DNA of 64,000 nt from Sphingomonadales bacterium (GTDB taxonomy: Bacteria > Pseudomonadota > Alphaproteobacteria > Sphingomonadales > Sphingomonadaceae), in contig JBBRVH010000001.1 of assembly GCA_038246995.1 (NCBI GenBank), forward strand, positions 4,466 to 68,465, written 5' to 3'. The notes under the pieces were generated by a model. The model ran no database searches and was not told where the DNA came from. It saw nothing but the letters and a program-made list of their open reading frames with translations. The stretch's first letter is position 1, and every line of letters begins with the position of its first letter. This document shows positions 8,414-18,418 of the stretch, piece by piece. The position numbers were made by a program, and so were the translations under genes.

Positions 8414-10186
8414 TCAGGGGCGTTGCAGTTCCTGTGCCACTGAACCTTCAGGGTTTGCGACAGGCTCGACGCGCCAGACGCGGCGCCCCGCATAGTAGCG
8501 GATCAGGGCAGCGTTTTTATCATCGCCGAGATCATGCGCCCAGATGATCGGCTGATGGTCGATATCGGCGCCGTTGAAAACCCATTGGACACCCCCCTTG
8601 GCGCCACTGACGGGCCGAACGAAAACAAGATCATCGCCGCTTGCTGCCGCAAGCGCCCGTTCGACCGGCAATCGTCCATAGGGGACCGCGAGATAGCAGC
8701 ACGGAGTCATGAAGGTCGGCGCCAGCCGCGGCCAGCCGGTGACGAGGCTTGCCAGCGGCACGATGCAGGTCGCGACAATCGCCAGGGGTAGCGCACGCGA
8801 CAGGAACAGGCCCCACGGCCCCCAGCGCGCATGGCGCAGGGCGCCCAGCCCGGCGACGCTTATCAGCACCAGCAGGCCGACCGCCGGCGTGAGATAATGC
8901 GGCCAACTGAAGGTGATGAAACAGAAACCGACGACGGTGACCGCGAAGGAAGCCGCCAGGACAGGACGGGATCGCAGCCAGAACAGGCCGAAAATCATCG
9001 GAATCGTCAGCAGCGGGCCGAAATAGAACGACCAGATATTGCGCAATTTGCCCGCTGTCGCCCTCAGGGCATGCACGGGTGTCGAATAATCGCCGGCGGG
9101 ACGGCTCTCTGCCTGGTAAAAGGCGTCAAGACCCGGCGGCACCGCACGCTTCGGCACGCTTGCTGTTTGCGTGACGAAAGCGGGCATCCTTGCATAGTCG
9201 GTACGATTGAGCTCGTACGGTGTTTCATAGGCCGAACCGGTATTCGCCTGGTTATACGCCAGCAACAGCGCCCCCGAAGCACCAACCGCAGCAATCATCG
9301 GCACCATGAGCCGGAGCGCCGAGGGCCATTGCCTGTCGGCGAGCAGTCGAACTAGGCGATACAGCAGCACCGGCACCAGTGGCAGACACAGCAGCAGGCC
9401 TTCATACGGCCGTGTCAGCATGAGCAGCGCGACGCCCAGCGCCAGCGCCAGCGCTGCGCCCGTATCTATCCGCACGAGCAGCCGCGGCAACGCGCCGATA
9501 ACCAATATGCCCCCCAGAACCGTGGATGCCAGCCCATATGGCATGTTCATGAAGGGTGAAAACAGACCGAACCGGACCACGAAAAGCAGCCCGCCGACAA
9601 AGGCGATATTGGCGCCGAGCCAGCCGCGCAACATCCAGACGATGGCGGCCCCCGCCGCTGCCACCACCAACATGACGCCGACACCCGGTTCGCCGGCGAG
9701 GCCGAGACCAAGGGCGAGTTCGAGGCCGCGACCCGGAAAGTACATGCTGCCATAGGCGGGCGCCTGGTGGACATAGACGCTTTCGAAAAAGGCGGCAAAA
9801 GGGTGGGGTGGATTGGCCAGCCGGCCGAGCAGGAAAGTTTCGGCCTGCAATCGCAGGCTGGATTCATCACGGCCGATCGTGATCGGCCAGGGCAACCCTG
9901 CCAAAAGGCACAGACGACAGATGATCACCGTCGTCGCCACGAACAGCGGCGCACCGACCGGATGGCTTGCGATCTGCGCCAGACGGCGTTCGCATCCGAC
10001 GAAAAACCGGCTCGCCGCCTGCGGCCGGATCGCGCAGGTGATCAACATTATGGCGAAAAGCGCTATTTCGACGGTCTGCCTGACATAAGGTTCGACTTGC
10101 TGGATCAAGCTCACGGTCACCTCTGACGTGTAACGGCAGCGCATGGCGGCACGCCCGGAAAATTGTCTTAAAGAATCCTGCAACAA
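8414..10186 (-). CDS. large polytopic membrane protein, probable GT-C-fold (ArnT/PMT-like) glycosyltransferase
   Basis: About 570-590 aa with many hydrophobic helices. A DE pair sits in the first predicted external loop (ITIGRDESSLRLQAETFLLGRL). Soluble C-terminal domain of about 110 aa. Start uncertain: TTG 10186, ATG 10144, or GTG 10120/10114, where the 10114 GTG follows GAGG. Confidence 0.55.
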   Translation of the reverse strand: MLQDSLRQFSGRAAMRCRYTSEVTVSLIQQVEPYVRQTVEIALFAIMLITCAIRPQAASRFFVGCERRLAQIASHPVGAPLFVATTVIICRLCLLAGLPWPITIGRDESSLRLQAETFLLGRLANPPHPFAAFFESVYVHQAPAYGSMYFPGRGLELALGLGLAGEPGVGVMLVVAAAGAAIVWMLRGWLGANIAFVGGLLFVVRFGLFSPFMNMPYGLASTVLGGILVIGALPRLLVRIDTGAALALALGVALLMLTRPYEGLLLCLPLVPVLLYRLVRLLADRQWPSALRLMVPMIAAVGASGALLLAYNQANTGSAYETPYELNRTDYARMPAFVTQTASVPKRAVPPGLDAFYQAESRPAGDYSTPVHALRATAGKLRNIWSFYFGPLLTIPMIFGLFWLRSRPVLAASFAVTVVGFCFITFSWPHYLTPAVGLLVLISVAGLGALRHARWGPWGLFLSRALPLAIVATCIVPLASLVTGWPRLAPTFMTPCCYLAVPYGRLPVERALAAASGDDLVFVRPVSGAKGGVQWVFNGADIDHQPIIWAHDLGDDKNAALIRYYAGRRVWRVEPVANPEGSVAQELQRP

Positions 10187-10298
10187 CTACAAGAAATCGA
10201 TTCCCGTCAAATCAAAATTACCAAACAAAAGATTTAACCTGGGACAAATCCAAGGGCAGCGCCGATTGTCGGGGTGCGTGCAATACTATTGAAGGTCG

Positions 10299-10679
10299 TC
10301 AACGAAAAACGATGGTCTTGTTCAAGGTAAAGTTGAAGACAAAGGCAATGGCGATGGCCGCCGTCTTGGCCAGGATCGGCGATCCGAGCAGGTAGCTGCT
10401 GAAAAAAACGGTCAAGGACACGTTGAGCAAAAACCCCAGGCTGGCCGCAGCGAGGAACAGCAGATAGCCCCGCCGCGTCCGGTCCTGCTTGAAGACATAG
10501 CGCGATGACAGCAGGTAATTCACCAGCGCTGCCACAAGGAAACTGATCATGGCGGCAATGACGACCGACAAGCCGGCGCGCAACCCCAGGGCAAAGCCGC
10601 CGATATCGAAAATCGCGGCAATGCCGCCGGTCACCAGATAGCGGCTGGCCTGGACGGCCGTTTCGCGCCATTTCGTCAT
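10299..10679 (-). CDS. GtrA-family membrane protein
   Basis: 126 aa with 4 hydrophobic segments. RYLVTGGIAAIFDIGGFAL...NYLLSSRYVF...FNFTLNKTIVFR is the GtrA pattern. Its ATG overlaps the HAD stop (ATGA at 10676-10679). Confidence 0.85.
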   Translation of the reverse strand: MTKWRETAVQASRYLVTGGIAAIFDIGGFALGLRAGLSVVIAAMISFLVAALVNYLLSSRYVFKQDRTRRGYLLFLAAASLGFLLNVSLTVFFSSYLLGSPILAKTAAIAIAFVFNFTLNKTIVFR

Positions 10680-11353
10680 GCGGTATGCAGGGGGGCGAAT
10701 AACGGATCGTTGAAATCCGCAAAACTCTGGTAGCCCGCAACGGGCCTGGACGACCGGATCAGCGCCCTGACGCCCGCCTGGCGCGCCGCCTCGCCATCTC
10801 GTTCGGCACGATCACCTATCATGACCGTGGTCGCCGGCGTCGCCCCGGCGCGAGCAATCACCTCCAGAAGCCCGGTCGGGTCGGGCTTCATGATGCCGAC
10901 ATCGGCCGCCGACACCACGAAATCGGCGCCAAGGCCCATGGCATCGAGCTTGGCCTGCGCCGGATAGTCCGACAAGGCGGCCACCTGCCGGCCACTGCGA
11001 CGGATGCCGGCAAACAGCCCGGCAGCGCCGGCGATGACATGCGGTTTCAGATGTGGCAGCGGCCGTGTCTCGATCCATTCGGCGACCGTTGCCGCCACCG
11101 TTGCCGCCGATGTTCGCGTCTGTTCGGCAACATGGGCAATCAGCTTGCTTTCGAAATCCCGAACCCGATCATCGGCAAGGACTTCGCGGTGGCTGCGGTA
11201 GAGCGAGAGAATCCGGAACGTCTGCAACGACCGCGTGCCGATAACATCGGCGACGAGCATGCGCAGCATGGCGAGCCGCAGCCCCCGCTGGCGATACAGG
11301 GTTCCGTCGACGTCGAAAACGACCAGCCGGACGCCCTGCCAATCAAAAGCCAT
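10676..11353 (-). CDS. HAD-superfamily phosphatase/hydrolase
   Basis: Motif I VVFDVDGTLY and motif IV GDRAERDGEAA. Start moved to ATG 11353 (MAFDWQG), which overlaps the ubiA-like stop by 11 nt. Confidence 0.85.
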   Translation of the reverse strand: MAFDWQGVRLVVFDVDGTLYRQRGLRLAMLRMLVADVIGTRSLQTFRILSLYRSHREVLADDRVRDFESKLIAHVAEQTRTSAATVAATVAEWIETRPLPHLKPHVIAGAAGLFAGIRRSGRQVAALSDYPAQAKLDAMGLGADFVVSAADVGIMKPDPTGLLEVIARAGATPATTVMIGDRAERDGEAARQAGVRALIRSSRPVAGYQSFADFNDPLFAPLHTA

Positions 11354-12341
11354 AGCGCGGGTCGAGCGAGATGAAGCTTTGCGCCGACAGCGCCACCAGC
11401 CACGGCATGTCGACAAAGGTGCACAGCGCCAGCAAGGCCACCAGCAGCGCGCTGACGGCAATCAGCCGCTTTTCGGCGAAAATCTTTTCCGGCTTCTGGG
11501 CAACCGAACCAGCCTGCATCGAAAGCGTCATGTACTGCGCGAAAAGCGCCGCGAACGCCGGGAAGGTCAGGATATATTCGATGCGATACTTGATCAGAAA
11601 TACCGCGAGGAAAAAGGCGCTGAGCATTGCATAGACCATGCAGGCGACGGTCAGGCTGGTTTCAGTATAACCCGAAAAGCTGGCGCGATAGCGGCTGAGC
11701 AGTTCGCGGCCATGGCTGGCGGTGATCTCGCGATATTCCGACAGGCGCTTGGCCGTCATCAGGAAGCCACCCCCGGTCCAATAGGCCAGCAGGATCGACG
11801 ATGGCGGCAGCGTGTGCGGATCGATCATCGCCCAGCCGATCATCATGCGCAGCGGATTGTTGATCGCCTCGCTGACCACATCGAAATAAGGCACTTCCTT
11901 CGATCGCATCGGGCGGACATTGTAGACAATGCCCTGGGCGGCAAACACCACGGCGACCCAGAACATCGCCATGTTCGCCATGGCGGCGCTGCCCAGGCCG
12001 ATCACCACGAAGACCAGCCACTGGAGCCCGACAAGCCGGGAATCCAGCGTCACCTGGACCGCCGTGCGCGCCGACTTGGTGGGGTGAAACTTGTCGAATT
12101 CGCGATCGAGGAATTCGTTGATCGTATAGTTTGCCGATGCAATCGCCACGGCGCAGATCAGGCCCAGGATGATCGACAGGACCGGATTGGGGGCCGCGAT
12201 GCCGCGCAACATATAGGCCAGCACCATGCCCGGCACGATGAAGACATGTTTGGTCGCATGGTCGAACCGGGCAATGGTCAGATAGTCGCCAAGGCCAGCC
12301 GACCGGACGGGCGCCAGCTTCACGCCATCAGTTCCAGACAT
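11343..12341 (-). CDS. UbiA-family polyprenyl-phosphate transferase, possibly a phosphoribosyltransferase type
   Basis: 332 aa, polytopic. First Asp-rich motif NYTINEFLDREFDKFHPTK, second region YNVRPMRSKEVPYFDVVSEAINN. Strong SD (GGAGGA) before ATG 12341. Confidence 0.8.
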   Translation of the reverse strand: MSGTDGVKLAPVRSAGLGDYLTIARFDHATKHVFIVPGMVLAYMLRGIAAPNPVLSIILGLICAVAIASANYTINEFLDREFDKFHPTKSARTAVQVTLDSRLVGLQWLVFVVIGLGSAAMANMAMFWVAVVFAAQGIVYNVRPMRSKEVPYFDVVSEAINNPLRMMIGWAMIDPHTLPPSSILLAYWTGGGFLMTAKRLSEYREITASHGRELLSRYRASFSGYTETSLTVACMVYAMLSAFFLAVFLIKYRIEYILTFPAFAALFAQYMTLSMQAGSVAQKPEKIFAEKRLIAVSALLVALLALCTFVDMPWLVALSAQSFISLDPRYGF

Positions 12342-12627
12342 AAAATCCTCCGTGCTTCAAACAGCCCATAAGCAGTTCAACTTCAACTGCAAGTTCAAGT
12401 TCCGACATGACCGGCAGATACGCGAACCCGTTACGAACGCCAGCACCCCCGGATAGAGGCGAACAAAAAGTTGGCGGCAACCCGGCACGGGACGCCGCCA
12501 ACCACTGACCGTCAGAATTCTGTAATATATTGAAATACGTTGACAGATTTCTCCGATACCCAGAATTTTTACCTCATGCTGTGGTGCAGCACAAGCCGGG
12601 AATGGCGCTGCAACGCCCGGATTGCGG

Positions 12628-14127
12628 TCAGCGGCGAGGGTCCGTTGCAGCGCCTGCAGCAAGCCGCCGCCCCCGCACGATCTCGGCGATAAGGACAAGC
12701 GCTGCCAGCGGGATCAACCATATCACCCTCGCCTGGAAGCGCGGGTCAGGCGATGCCAGCGCCCCGCAGACGACAGCGTTCACCACGACCCCGGTGAACA
12801 GCAACACGCAGAACCAGGTGAGCCCGGGGGTGGCCTGCAACCGCTGGCGGCCGCCGGCGAGCGCGGCGCCCAGCACTGCCAGGCTGCCGAGCACGGCGAT
12901 CAGGTTGAACCGGCTCATCAGGTCGAGAAAGTCATCCCCCTGCGCGATCCGCGACGCGCGGATCCCGGCCCAGACGTCGGGAGGGAAAGAGGTAGAAAAA
13001 TTGGCGCGGGCCTTTGGCGTGACCTTCATGTTGTCGAGAGAGAATCGCTGCAATTGCAGCACCACGTCGCGCGCCGCACCGCCGATGACCTGCAACGGCT
13101 CGTGCCGGAACACGGCCAGCGCAAAAGCGACCTGTTCATCCGAAAGAGCCCGCCTGGTTTCACGATCGGCGAGTTCGAAAATGCCCTTGTCCGGATCGAC
13201 GCTGAACATGAAATCCACCCAGCCGACCGGCAACCGCGCCTTGTACTTGCAGACGGCAAAGCCGGCTTGCGGACAATAGGCGTCGATATAGTCCATACCC
13301 GGCCCCATCTCCACGAGATGCGCGGTGATATGGGGGAGCATCATCGGTTTTTCGCCCGTGAGGCGTGTCGTGGCAAGATTGAAGGCCAGCATCAGTGCCG
13401 ACGCAGAGGCAAAGATCGCCACGAGAAACGCCAGTTCGCGCCACTTGCGCTGCGCCCTGGCCATGAAAAACTGCGCGATGACACCCAGCCCGATCGCCAT
13501 CCCGGTGATCAGCAGGTGGCTCGGATGGACGGCGGCGGCAAAGACACAGGCGCCGAACAGGAAAAGCCGGTCTCCCGGCTGCAGTTTTCTCCAGTAAACC
13601 AGCACCAGCGCCGTCACCAGAATGATGACCGGTGCAAAGATGTCGGGCATGATATAGGCGATTGTCGGGCCGACGCTGGTGAAGGCGGACAACAGCGCCA
13701 TGACGATGACATAGGGCGCGACACCGGCCTGGTTCACACCGCGGACGAATACCAGGGCAATCAAGGTGGCCACCACATAGGCCTGAACCGCAACGACGAG
13801 CCAGAAATCCGAATAGAGATAGCCGACCGCAGCCAATATCCCGTAATAGATCGAGCGATTGCCGGTCACGGGGTTGGCAACGACCTTGTCCTTGCGGTCG
13901 CCCGTGGGCATCGCCACGACCTTGCCGGCGATCAGCGCCTTGGCTTGCCGCGGTTGCCAGCGTTCGACACCTTCCTCGACCCCGAGGACTTTCTGCAGGA
14001 CAATCGAGCCGCCGCGAACATAGGAACGGCTGTCGCTGAACAGGACCGCATAGCCATTCACCAGCCCGAAGCTGCACAGCATGAACGCGCCGATGAGGCC
14101 AAGCCAATAGGGCTTGAATTTTGTCAT
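12628..14127 (-). CDS. polytopic membrane protein of unknown function (possible second lipid-linked-sugar glycosyltransferase)
   Basis: About 500 aa from ATG 14127 (MTKFKPYWLGLIGAF...). Roughly 10 or more hydrophobic helices with a soluble stretch (residues about 330-440). I recognise no family motif. Confidence 0.5.
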   Translation of the reverse strand: MTKFKPYWLGLIGAFMLCSFGLVNGYAVLFSDSRSYVRGGSIVLQKVLGVEEGVERWQPRQAKALIAGKVVAMPTGDRKDKVVANPVTGNRSIYYGILAAVGYLYSDFWLVVAVQAYVVATLIALVFVRGVNQAGVAPYVIVMALLSAFTSVGPTIAYIMPDIFAPVIILVTALVLVYWRKLQPGDRLFLFGACVFAAAVHPSHLLITGMAIGLGVIAQFFMARAQRKWRELAFLVAIFASASALMLAFNLATTRLTGEKPMMLPHITAHLVEMGPGMDYIDAYCPQAGFAVCKYKARLPVGWVDFMFSVDPDKGIFELADRETRRALSDEQVAFALAVFRHEPLQVIGGAARDVVLQLQRFSLDNMKVTPKARANFSTSFPPDVWAGIRASRIAQGDDFLDLMSRFNLIAVLGSLAVLGAALAGGRQRLQATPGLTWFCVLLFTGVVVNAVVCGALASPDPRFQARVIWLIPLAALVLIAEIVRGRRLAAGAATDPRR

Positions 14128-14400
14128 CAAAAACCGACTTCTTCCCGTTTTGCTGACGAACCACAACGCGTGCAAGGCTGATGCCAAGCACAAAAAATGC
14201 CGGAATTCCAGTCTTTTTTCCAGATATGCACAGCGTGCTTCGCACATGCGAAATGAAAGGCCAAGTGCTTTTTGCCCGAAAGCGCGCCGGCCTTTGGCAC
14301 GGCGATGGCGCTGGGCGAAAGCGCCGCGCCGCCCGATTCCGACACGCCCGTCGCAGCGTTAACGGTTGCGCCACGGCGACGCCCACCCCAGTATCGGGAC

Positions 14401-16503
14401 ATGCTGCGCCAGTATGAACTTGTCGAACGCGTCAAGGCCTATGATCCCGATGCGGACGAGGACCTGCTGAACCGCGCCTATGTGTTTTCGATGAAGGCGC
14501 ATGGCAGCCAGTTGCGCGCCTCGGGTGACCCCTATTTCAGCCACCCGATCGAAGTCGCGGGCATCCTGACCGACCTGAAACTGGATGACGAGACCATCGC
14601 CACCGGCATCCTGCACGATACCATCGAGGATACGGTCGCGACGCAGGAACAGATCGATCGTCTGTTCGGCACCAGCGTCGGCCGGCTGGTCGATGGCGTC
14701 ACCAAATTGTCGAAGATCGAGGCGCAGACCGACAGCGAGCGCCAGGCCGAGAATTTGCGCAAGTTCCTGCTCGCCATGTCGACCGACATCCGCGTGTTGC
14801 TCGTCAAGCTGGCGGACCGGCTGCACAACATGCGCACGCTGCATTTCATCAAGTCCGAGGAAAAGCGCCGTCGCATCGCCCGCGAGACGATGGATATCTA
14901 TGCGCCGCTTGCCGAACGCATCGGCATGTATGGCTTCATGGACGAATTGCAGGAACTCGCCTTTCGCCAGCTCGAACCCGAAGCGCATGCCACGATCACC
15001 GCCCGGCTCGACAAGCTGCGCGATCATGGCGGCGACACGGTGGCGCGCATCGCCTCGGGCATCAAGCTGCTGCTCGGGCAAAAGGGCATCGATGCCGAGG
15101 TGACCGGCCGCGAAAAACGCCCCTATTCGATCTGGCGCAAGATGCAGGGCCGCCAGGCGACCTTTGAATCGCTGTCCGATGTCATGGCCTTCCGGGTGCT
15201 CGTCGATGATGAGGCCGAATGCTATCGCGCGCTCGGCGTCGTCCATGGCCGCTGGCCAATGGTGTTCGGCCGTTTCAAGGATTTCATCTCGACGCCCAAG
15301 CGCAACGGCTACAAATCGATCCATACCACCGTGCTGCATTCCGAAAACACCCGCATCGAAGTGCAGATCCGCACCCGGCGCATGCACGAGGAAGCCGAAT
15401 TCGGCCTCGCCGCGCACTGGGCCTACAAGCAGGGCGGCGATGGCGCTCCGGCACGCGAGGCCTATCCCTGGCTCGAGGATCTGCTCGAAGTGCTGCGCGA
15501 TGCCGCGTCGCCCGAAGAACTGCTCGAAAACGCCCGGCTGGCGATGTTCCAGGACCAGGTGTTCGTCTTCACGCCCAAGGGCACCTTGTTCCAGTTGCCC
15601 AAGGATTCGACCCCCGTCGATTTCGCCTATGCCGTCCACTCCGATCTGGGCGATCGCTGCGTCGGTGCCAAGGTCAATGGCCGCGTCGTGCCGCTGCGCA
15701 CCCGGCTGGTGAATGGCGACCAGGTCGAGATATTGCGCGCCAAGGCCAAGGCGCCCGATCCGGCGTGGGAAGGCTTTGTCGCCAGTGCCAAGGCGCGTGC
15801 CGCGATCCGCCGCCATGTCCGCCAGAAAAACCTGCTCGAAAGCCAGGCGATGGGCAGCAAATTACTCGAATCGCTGGCGCTGCGCCTCAAGATCGCGCTC
15901 GGCGACGATCTGCTCGGCCCGGCGCTGGGGCGGCTGAAACTGCCGGATCGCGCCGCGCTGGAACTCGCCATGGCGCGCAACGCGCTGACCGATGCCCAGG
16001 TTTCGGAAAGCCTGGTGCCGGGCTCGACCGCGGGGCAGAAGCCCCGGCGCGGGCGCGGCAAGCCCGGGCCGGCGGCGGTCAGCATCCATGGCCTGACGCC
16101 GGGCGTGGCCTTCGAACTCGGCGCCTGCCGGCCGATCCCGGGGGATCGCATCGTCGGTATCCGCCACCCCGGCCAGCCAATCCAGGTCCACACCATCGAT
16201 TGCGCCAGCCTGGCCGAGGAAACCGGCGAATGGCTGGAAGTATCCTGGGGCAAGGAAACCGATGGCGCCGTCGCGCGGCTGGCCGTGGTGGTGCACAACC
16301 AGCCGGGCTCGCTCGCCTCGCTGGCGACGACGCTGGCGGCGCACAACGCCAATATCGTCAATCTGGCCCTGAAACACCGCGACCGCGAGTTCCACACCGA
16401 TGTCATCGACATCGAGGTCGAGGATCTGGCGCATCTGACCACAATCATCGCGGCGCTGCGCCAGGTGAAGGCGGTGGTGTCGGCGGAACGGCTGCGCGGG
16501 TGA
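14401..16503 (+). CDS. spoT: bifunctional (p)ppGpp synthetase/hydrolase (RelA/SpoT homolog)
   Basis: HD-domain region [24 protein letters not shown], synthetase core YKSIHTTV, and the TGS and ACT-like C-terminus. Start placed at ATG 14401 ([11 protein letters not shown]). Confidence 0.95.
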   Translation: MLRQYELVERVKAYDPDADEDLLNRAYVFSMKAHGSQLRASGDPYFSHPIEVAGILTDLKLDDETIATGILHDTIEDTVATQEQIDRLFGTSVGRLVDGVTKLSKIEAQTDSERQAENLRKFLLAMSTDIRVLLVKLADRLHNMRTLHFIKSEEKRRRIARETMDIYAPLAERIGMYGFMDELQELAFRQLEPEAHATITARLDKLRDHGGDTVARIASGIKLLLGQKGIDAEVTGREKRPYSIWRKMQGRQATFESLSDVMAFRVLVDDEAECYRALGVVHGRWPMVFGRFKDFISTPKRNGYKSIHTTVLHSENTRIEVQIRTRRMHEEAEFGLAAHWAYKQGGDGAPAREAYPWLEDLLEVLRDAASPEELLENARLAMFQDQVFVFTPKGTLFQLPKDSTPVDFAYAVHSDLGDRCVGAKVNGRVVPLRTRLVNGDQVEILRAKAKAPDPAWEGFVASAKARAAIRRHVRQKNLLESQAMGSKLLESLALRLKIALGDDLLGPALGRLKLPDRAALELAMARNALTDAQVSESLVPGSTAGQKPRRGRGKPGPAAVSIHGLTPGVAFELGACRPIPGDRIVGIRHPGQPIQVHTIDCASLAEETGEWLEVSWGKETDGAVARLAVVVHNQPGSLASLATTLAAHNANIVNLALKHRDREFHTDVIDIEVEDLAHLTTIIAALRQVKAVVSAERLRG

Positions 16504-16546
16504 GTCGCGCTCGCAAGGCGCGCGCGATGCTGCTAGGCGGTCTGCC

Positions 16547-17128
16547 ATGACCGACGAACAGATCCTTGCCGAATTCCGCGCAGCGCAAGCCCTGCTGGAG
16601 GGGCATTTCATCCTGTCCTCCGGCCTGCGCTCGCCGCGCTACCTGCAATGCGCCCGGGTGCTGATGGACCCGGCGCGGGCGGCTCGGCTGGCGGAAGCGC
16701 TGGCGGCGAAAATTCCGGAGGATGTGAAGGCACAGATCGATGTGGTGATCGCCCCGGCGATGGGCGGACTCATCTGCGGGCATGAACTGGCGCGCGCGAT
16801 GGGCAAATTGTCGATGTTCGTCGAACGCCCGTCCGGCAGCTTCGAACTGCGCCGCGGTTTCCGGCTCGAACCCGGGCAAAAGGTGCTGCTGATGGAAGAT
16901 GTCGTGACCACCGGCCTTTCTTCACGTGAAGCCATTGCGGCCGTGAACGCTGCCGGCGGCACCGTCATCCACGCCGCCTCGCTCGTCGACCGCTCGAACG
17001 GCACCGCTGATCTCGGCGTGCCCTTCACCCCGCTGATCCGCCTCGACGTGCCAAGCTATGCCGCCGATGCACTGCCGCCCGAACTTGCCGCCATCCCGGC
17101 GATCAAGCCCGGCAGCCGGGCGGCATGA
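16547..17128 (+). CDS. pyrE: orotate phosphoribosyltransferase
   Basis: [17 protein letters not shown] and the PRPP loop [13 protein letters not shown]. Confidence 0.9.
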   Translation: MTDEQILAEFRAAQALLEGHFILSSGLRSPRYLQCARVLMDPARAARLAEALAAKIPEDVKAQIDVVIAPAMGGLICGHELARAMGKLSMFVERPSGSFELRRGFRLEPGQKVLLMEDVVTTGLSSREAIAAVNAAGGTVIHAASLVDRSNGTADLGVPFTPLIRLDVPSYAADALPPELAAIPAIKPGSRAA

Positions 17129-17868
17129 CTGCCCCGATCCACAAGCTGCGGCTGGGCGTCAATATCGATCACGTCGCCACCATCCGCAATGCGCGCGGCG
17201 GGCTGCACCCCGATCCGGTGCGCGCCGCGCTGATGGCGGCCGAAGCCGGTGCCGATGGCATCACCGCGCATCTGCGCGAGGACCGGCGCCATATCACCGA
17301 TGCCGATCTCGATGCGCTGGTCGGCAGCATCAGCCTGCCGCTGAACCTTGAAATGGCCGCCACCGACGAAATGCTCGGCATTGCCTTGAAGCATCGTCCG
17401 CACGCCGCCTGCATCGTTCCCGAACGCCGTGCCGAACGCACCACCGAAGGCGGGCTCGATGCCGCCGGCCAGCATAATGTGCTGGCGCCGATCGTGGCGC
17501 GATTGCAGGACGCCGGCATCCGGGTCAGCCTGTTCATCGCGCCCGAAGCGCGGCAACTCGAAGCCGCGGCTCGGCTCGGCGCGCCGGTGGTGGAATTGCA
17601 CACCGGGCCGTACAGCCATGCCGTGACCGACGCCGGGATTGCCGCCGAAATGGCGCGGCTGGTGCGTGCCGCCGAAATCGGGGCGACGCTCGGGCTCGAA
17701 ATGCACGCGGGGCATGGGCTGACCTTCGACAATGTCGGCCCGGTGGCGGCGCTGCCGCAACTGCACGAGCTCAACATCGGGCATTTCCTCATCGGCGAGG
17801 CGGTGTTTACCGGGCTCGGGCCGGCGATCGCGCGGATGCGCGCGGCGATGGACGCGGCACGCGCATGA
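17125..17868 (+). CDS. pdxJ: pyridoxine 5-phosphate synthase
   Basis: [16 protein letters not shown]...[16 protein letters not shown] overlap with pyrE. Confidence 0.95.
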   Translation: MTAPIHKLRLGVNIDHVATIRNARGGLHPDPVRAALMAAEAGADGITAHLREDRRHITDADLDALVGSISLPLNLEMAATDEMLGIALKHRPHAACIVPERRAERTTEGGLDAAGQHNVLAPIVARLQDAGIRVSLFIAPEARQLEAAARLGAPVVELHTGPYSHAVTDAGIAAEMARLVRAAEIGATLGLEMHAGHGLTFDNVGPVAALPQLHELNIGHFLIGEAVFTGLGPAIARMRAAMDAARA

Positions 17869-17882
17869 GCAACCCTTTTTTC

Positions 17883-17985
17883 TCCCCTCCCGGCACGGGA
17901 GGGGCCGGGGGTGGGAAGAATCGTGCCGCAATGCCGTCCTTTCGGCGCAGAGAACCCACCCCCGACCCCTCCCGTTCCGGGAGGG
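17883..17985. repeat. composite palindromic intergenic element (two CCCCTCCCG/CGGGAGGGG hairpins flanking a 10-bp long-range stem)
   Basis: Hairpin 17883-17903, long stem cgggggtggg 17905-17914 with cccacccccg 17954-17963, hairpin 17965-17985. Confidence 0.65.
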
Positions 17986-17995
17986 GAGAAGCAAG

Positions 17996-18418
17996 ATGAA
18001 CATACCTCCCGGCGTCTTCGTCCTCGGGCTCGGGTCCGACTTGTGCAACATCGATCGCATCGACAACAGCATCACTCGCTTCGGTGATCGCTTCATCAAC
18101 CGCGTCTTCACCGACACGGAACGCGCCAAGGCCGATCGCCGCAAGCTGACGCGCGTCGCCACCTATGCCAAGCGCTTTGCCGCCAAGGAAGCCTGTTCCA
18201 AGGCGCTCGGCACCGGCTTTCGGCAGGGCGTGTTCATGAAGGACATGGGGGTCGTCAACCTGCCCTCCGGCGCGCCCACCCTGGCGCTGACCGGCGGCGC
18301 TGCGGCAAGGCTGGCGCAAATCACCCCGCCGGGGTACAGGGCTGACGTTCATTTGACGATGACCGACGACCACCCCTGGGCGCAGGCCATCGTCCTTATC
18401 ACCGCGAGTGCGTTATGA
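17996..18418 (+). CDS. acpS: holo-[acyl-carrier-protein] synthase
   Basis: [12 protein letters not shown]...[14 protein letters not shown]. Start at ATG 17996. Confidence 0.9.
   Translation: MNIPPGVFVLGLGSDLCNIDRIDNSITRFGDRFINRVFTDTERAKADRRKLTRVATYAKRFAAKEACSKALGTGFRQGVFMKDMGVVNLPSGAPTLALTGGAAARLAQITPPGYRADVHLTMTDDHPWAQAIVLITASAL

Noticed and set aside
12372-12400. Repetitive cagttcaacttcaactgcaagttcaagttc upstream of the ubiA-like gene
   Set aside because: It is only an imperfect 8-bp palindrome with a mismatch and a short tandem-like word. Too weak to call an operator without comparative data.
12541-12575. TTGACA-N17-CAGAAT promoter-like sequence on the plus strand in the ubiA upstream spacer
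   Set aside because: It points into the 3-prime end of a minus-strand gene with no plus-strand ORF to drive. The -10 is weak. It could be chance in an AT-rich spacer.
14359-15816. 485-aa antisense ORF within spoT. Similar giant antisense ORFs occur at 18349-20193, 45682-47157, 50599-52308, 53253-55334 and 25214-26887.
   Set aside because: Each lies opposite a gene with clear family motifs. The translations are Arg/Gly/Asp/His-rich without motifs. This is a classic high-GC shadow-ORF artefact.
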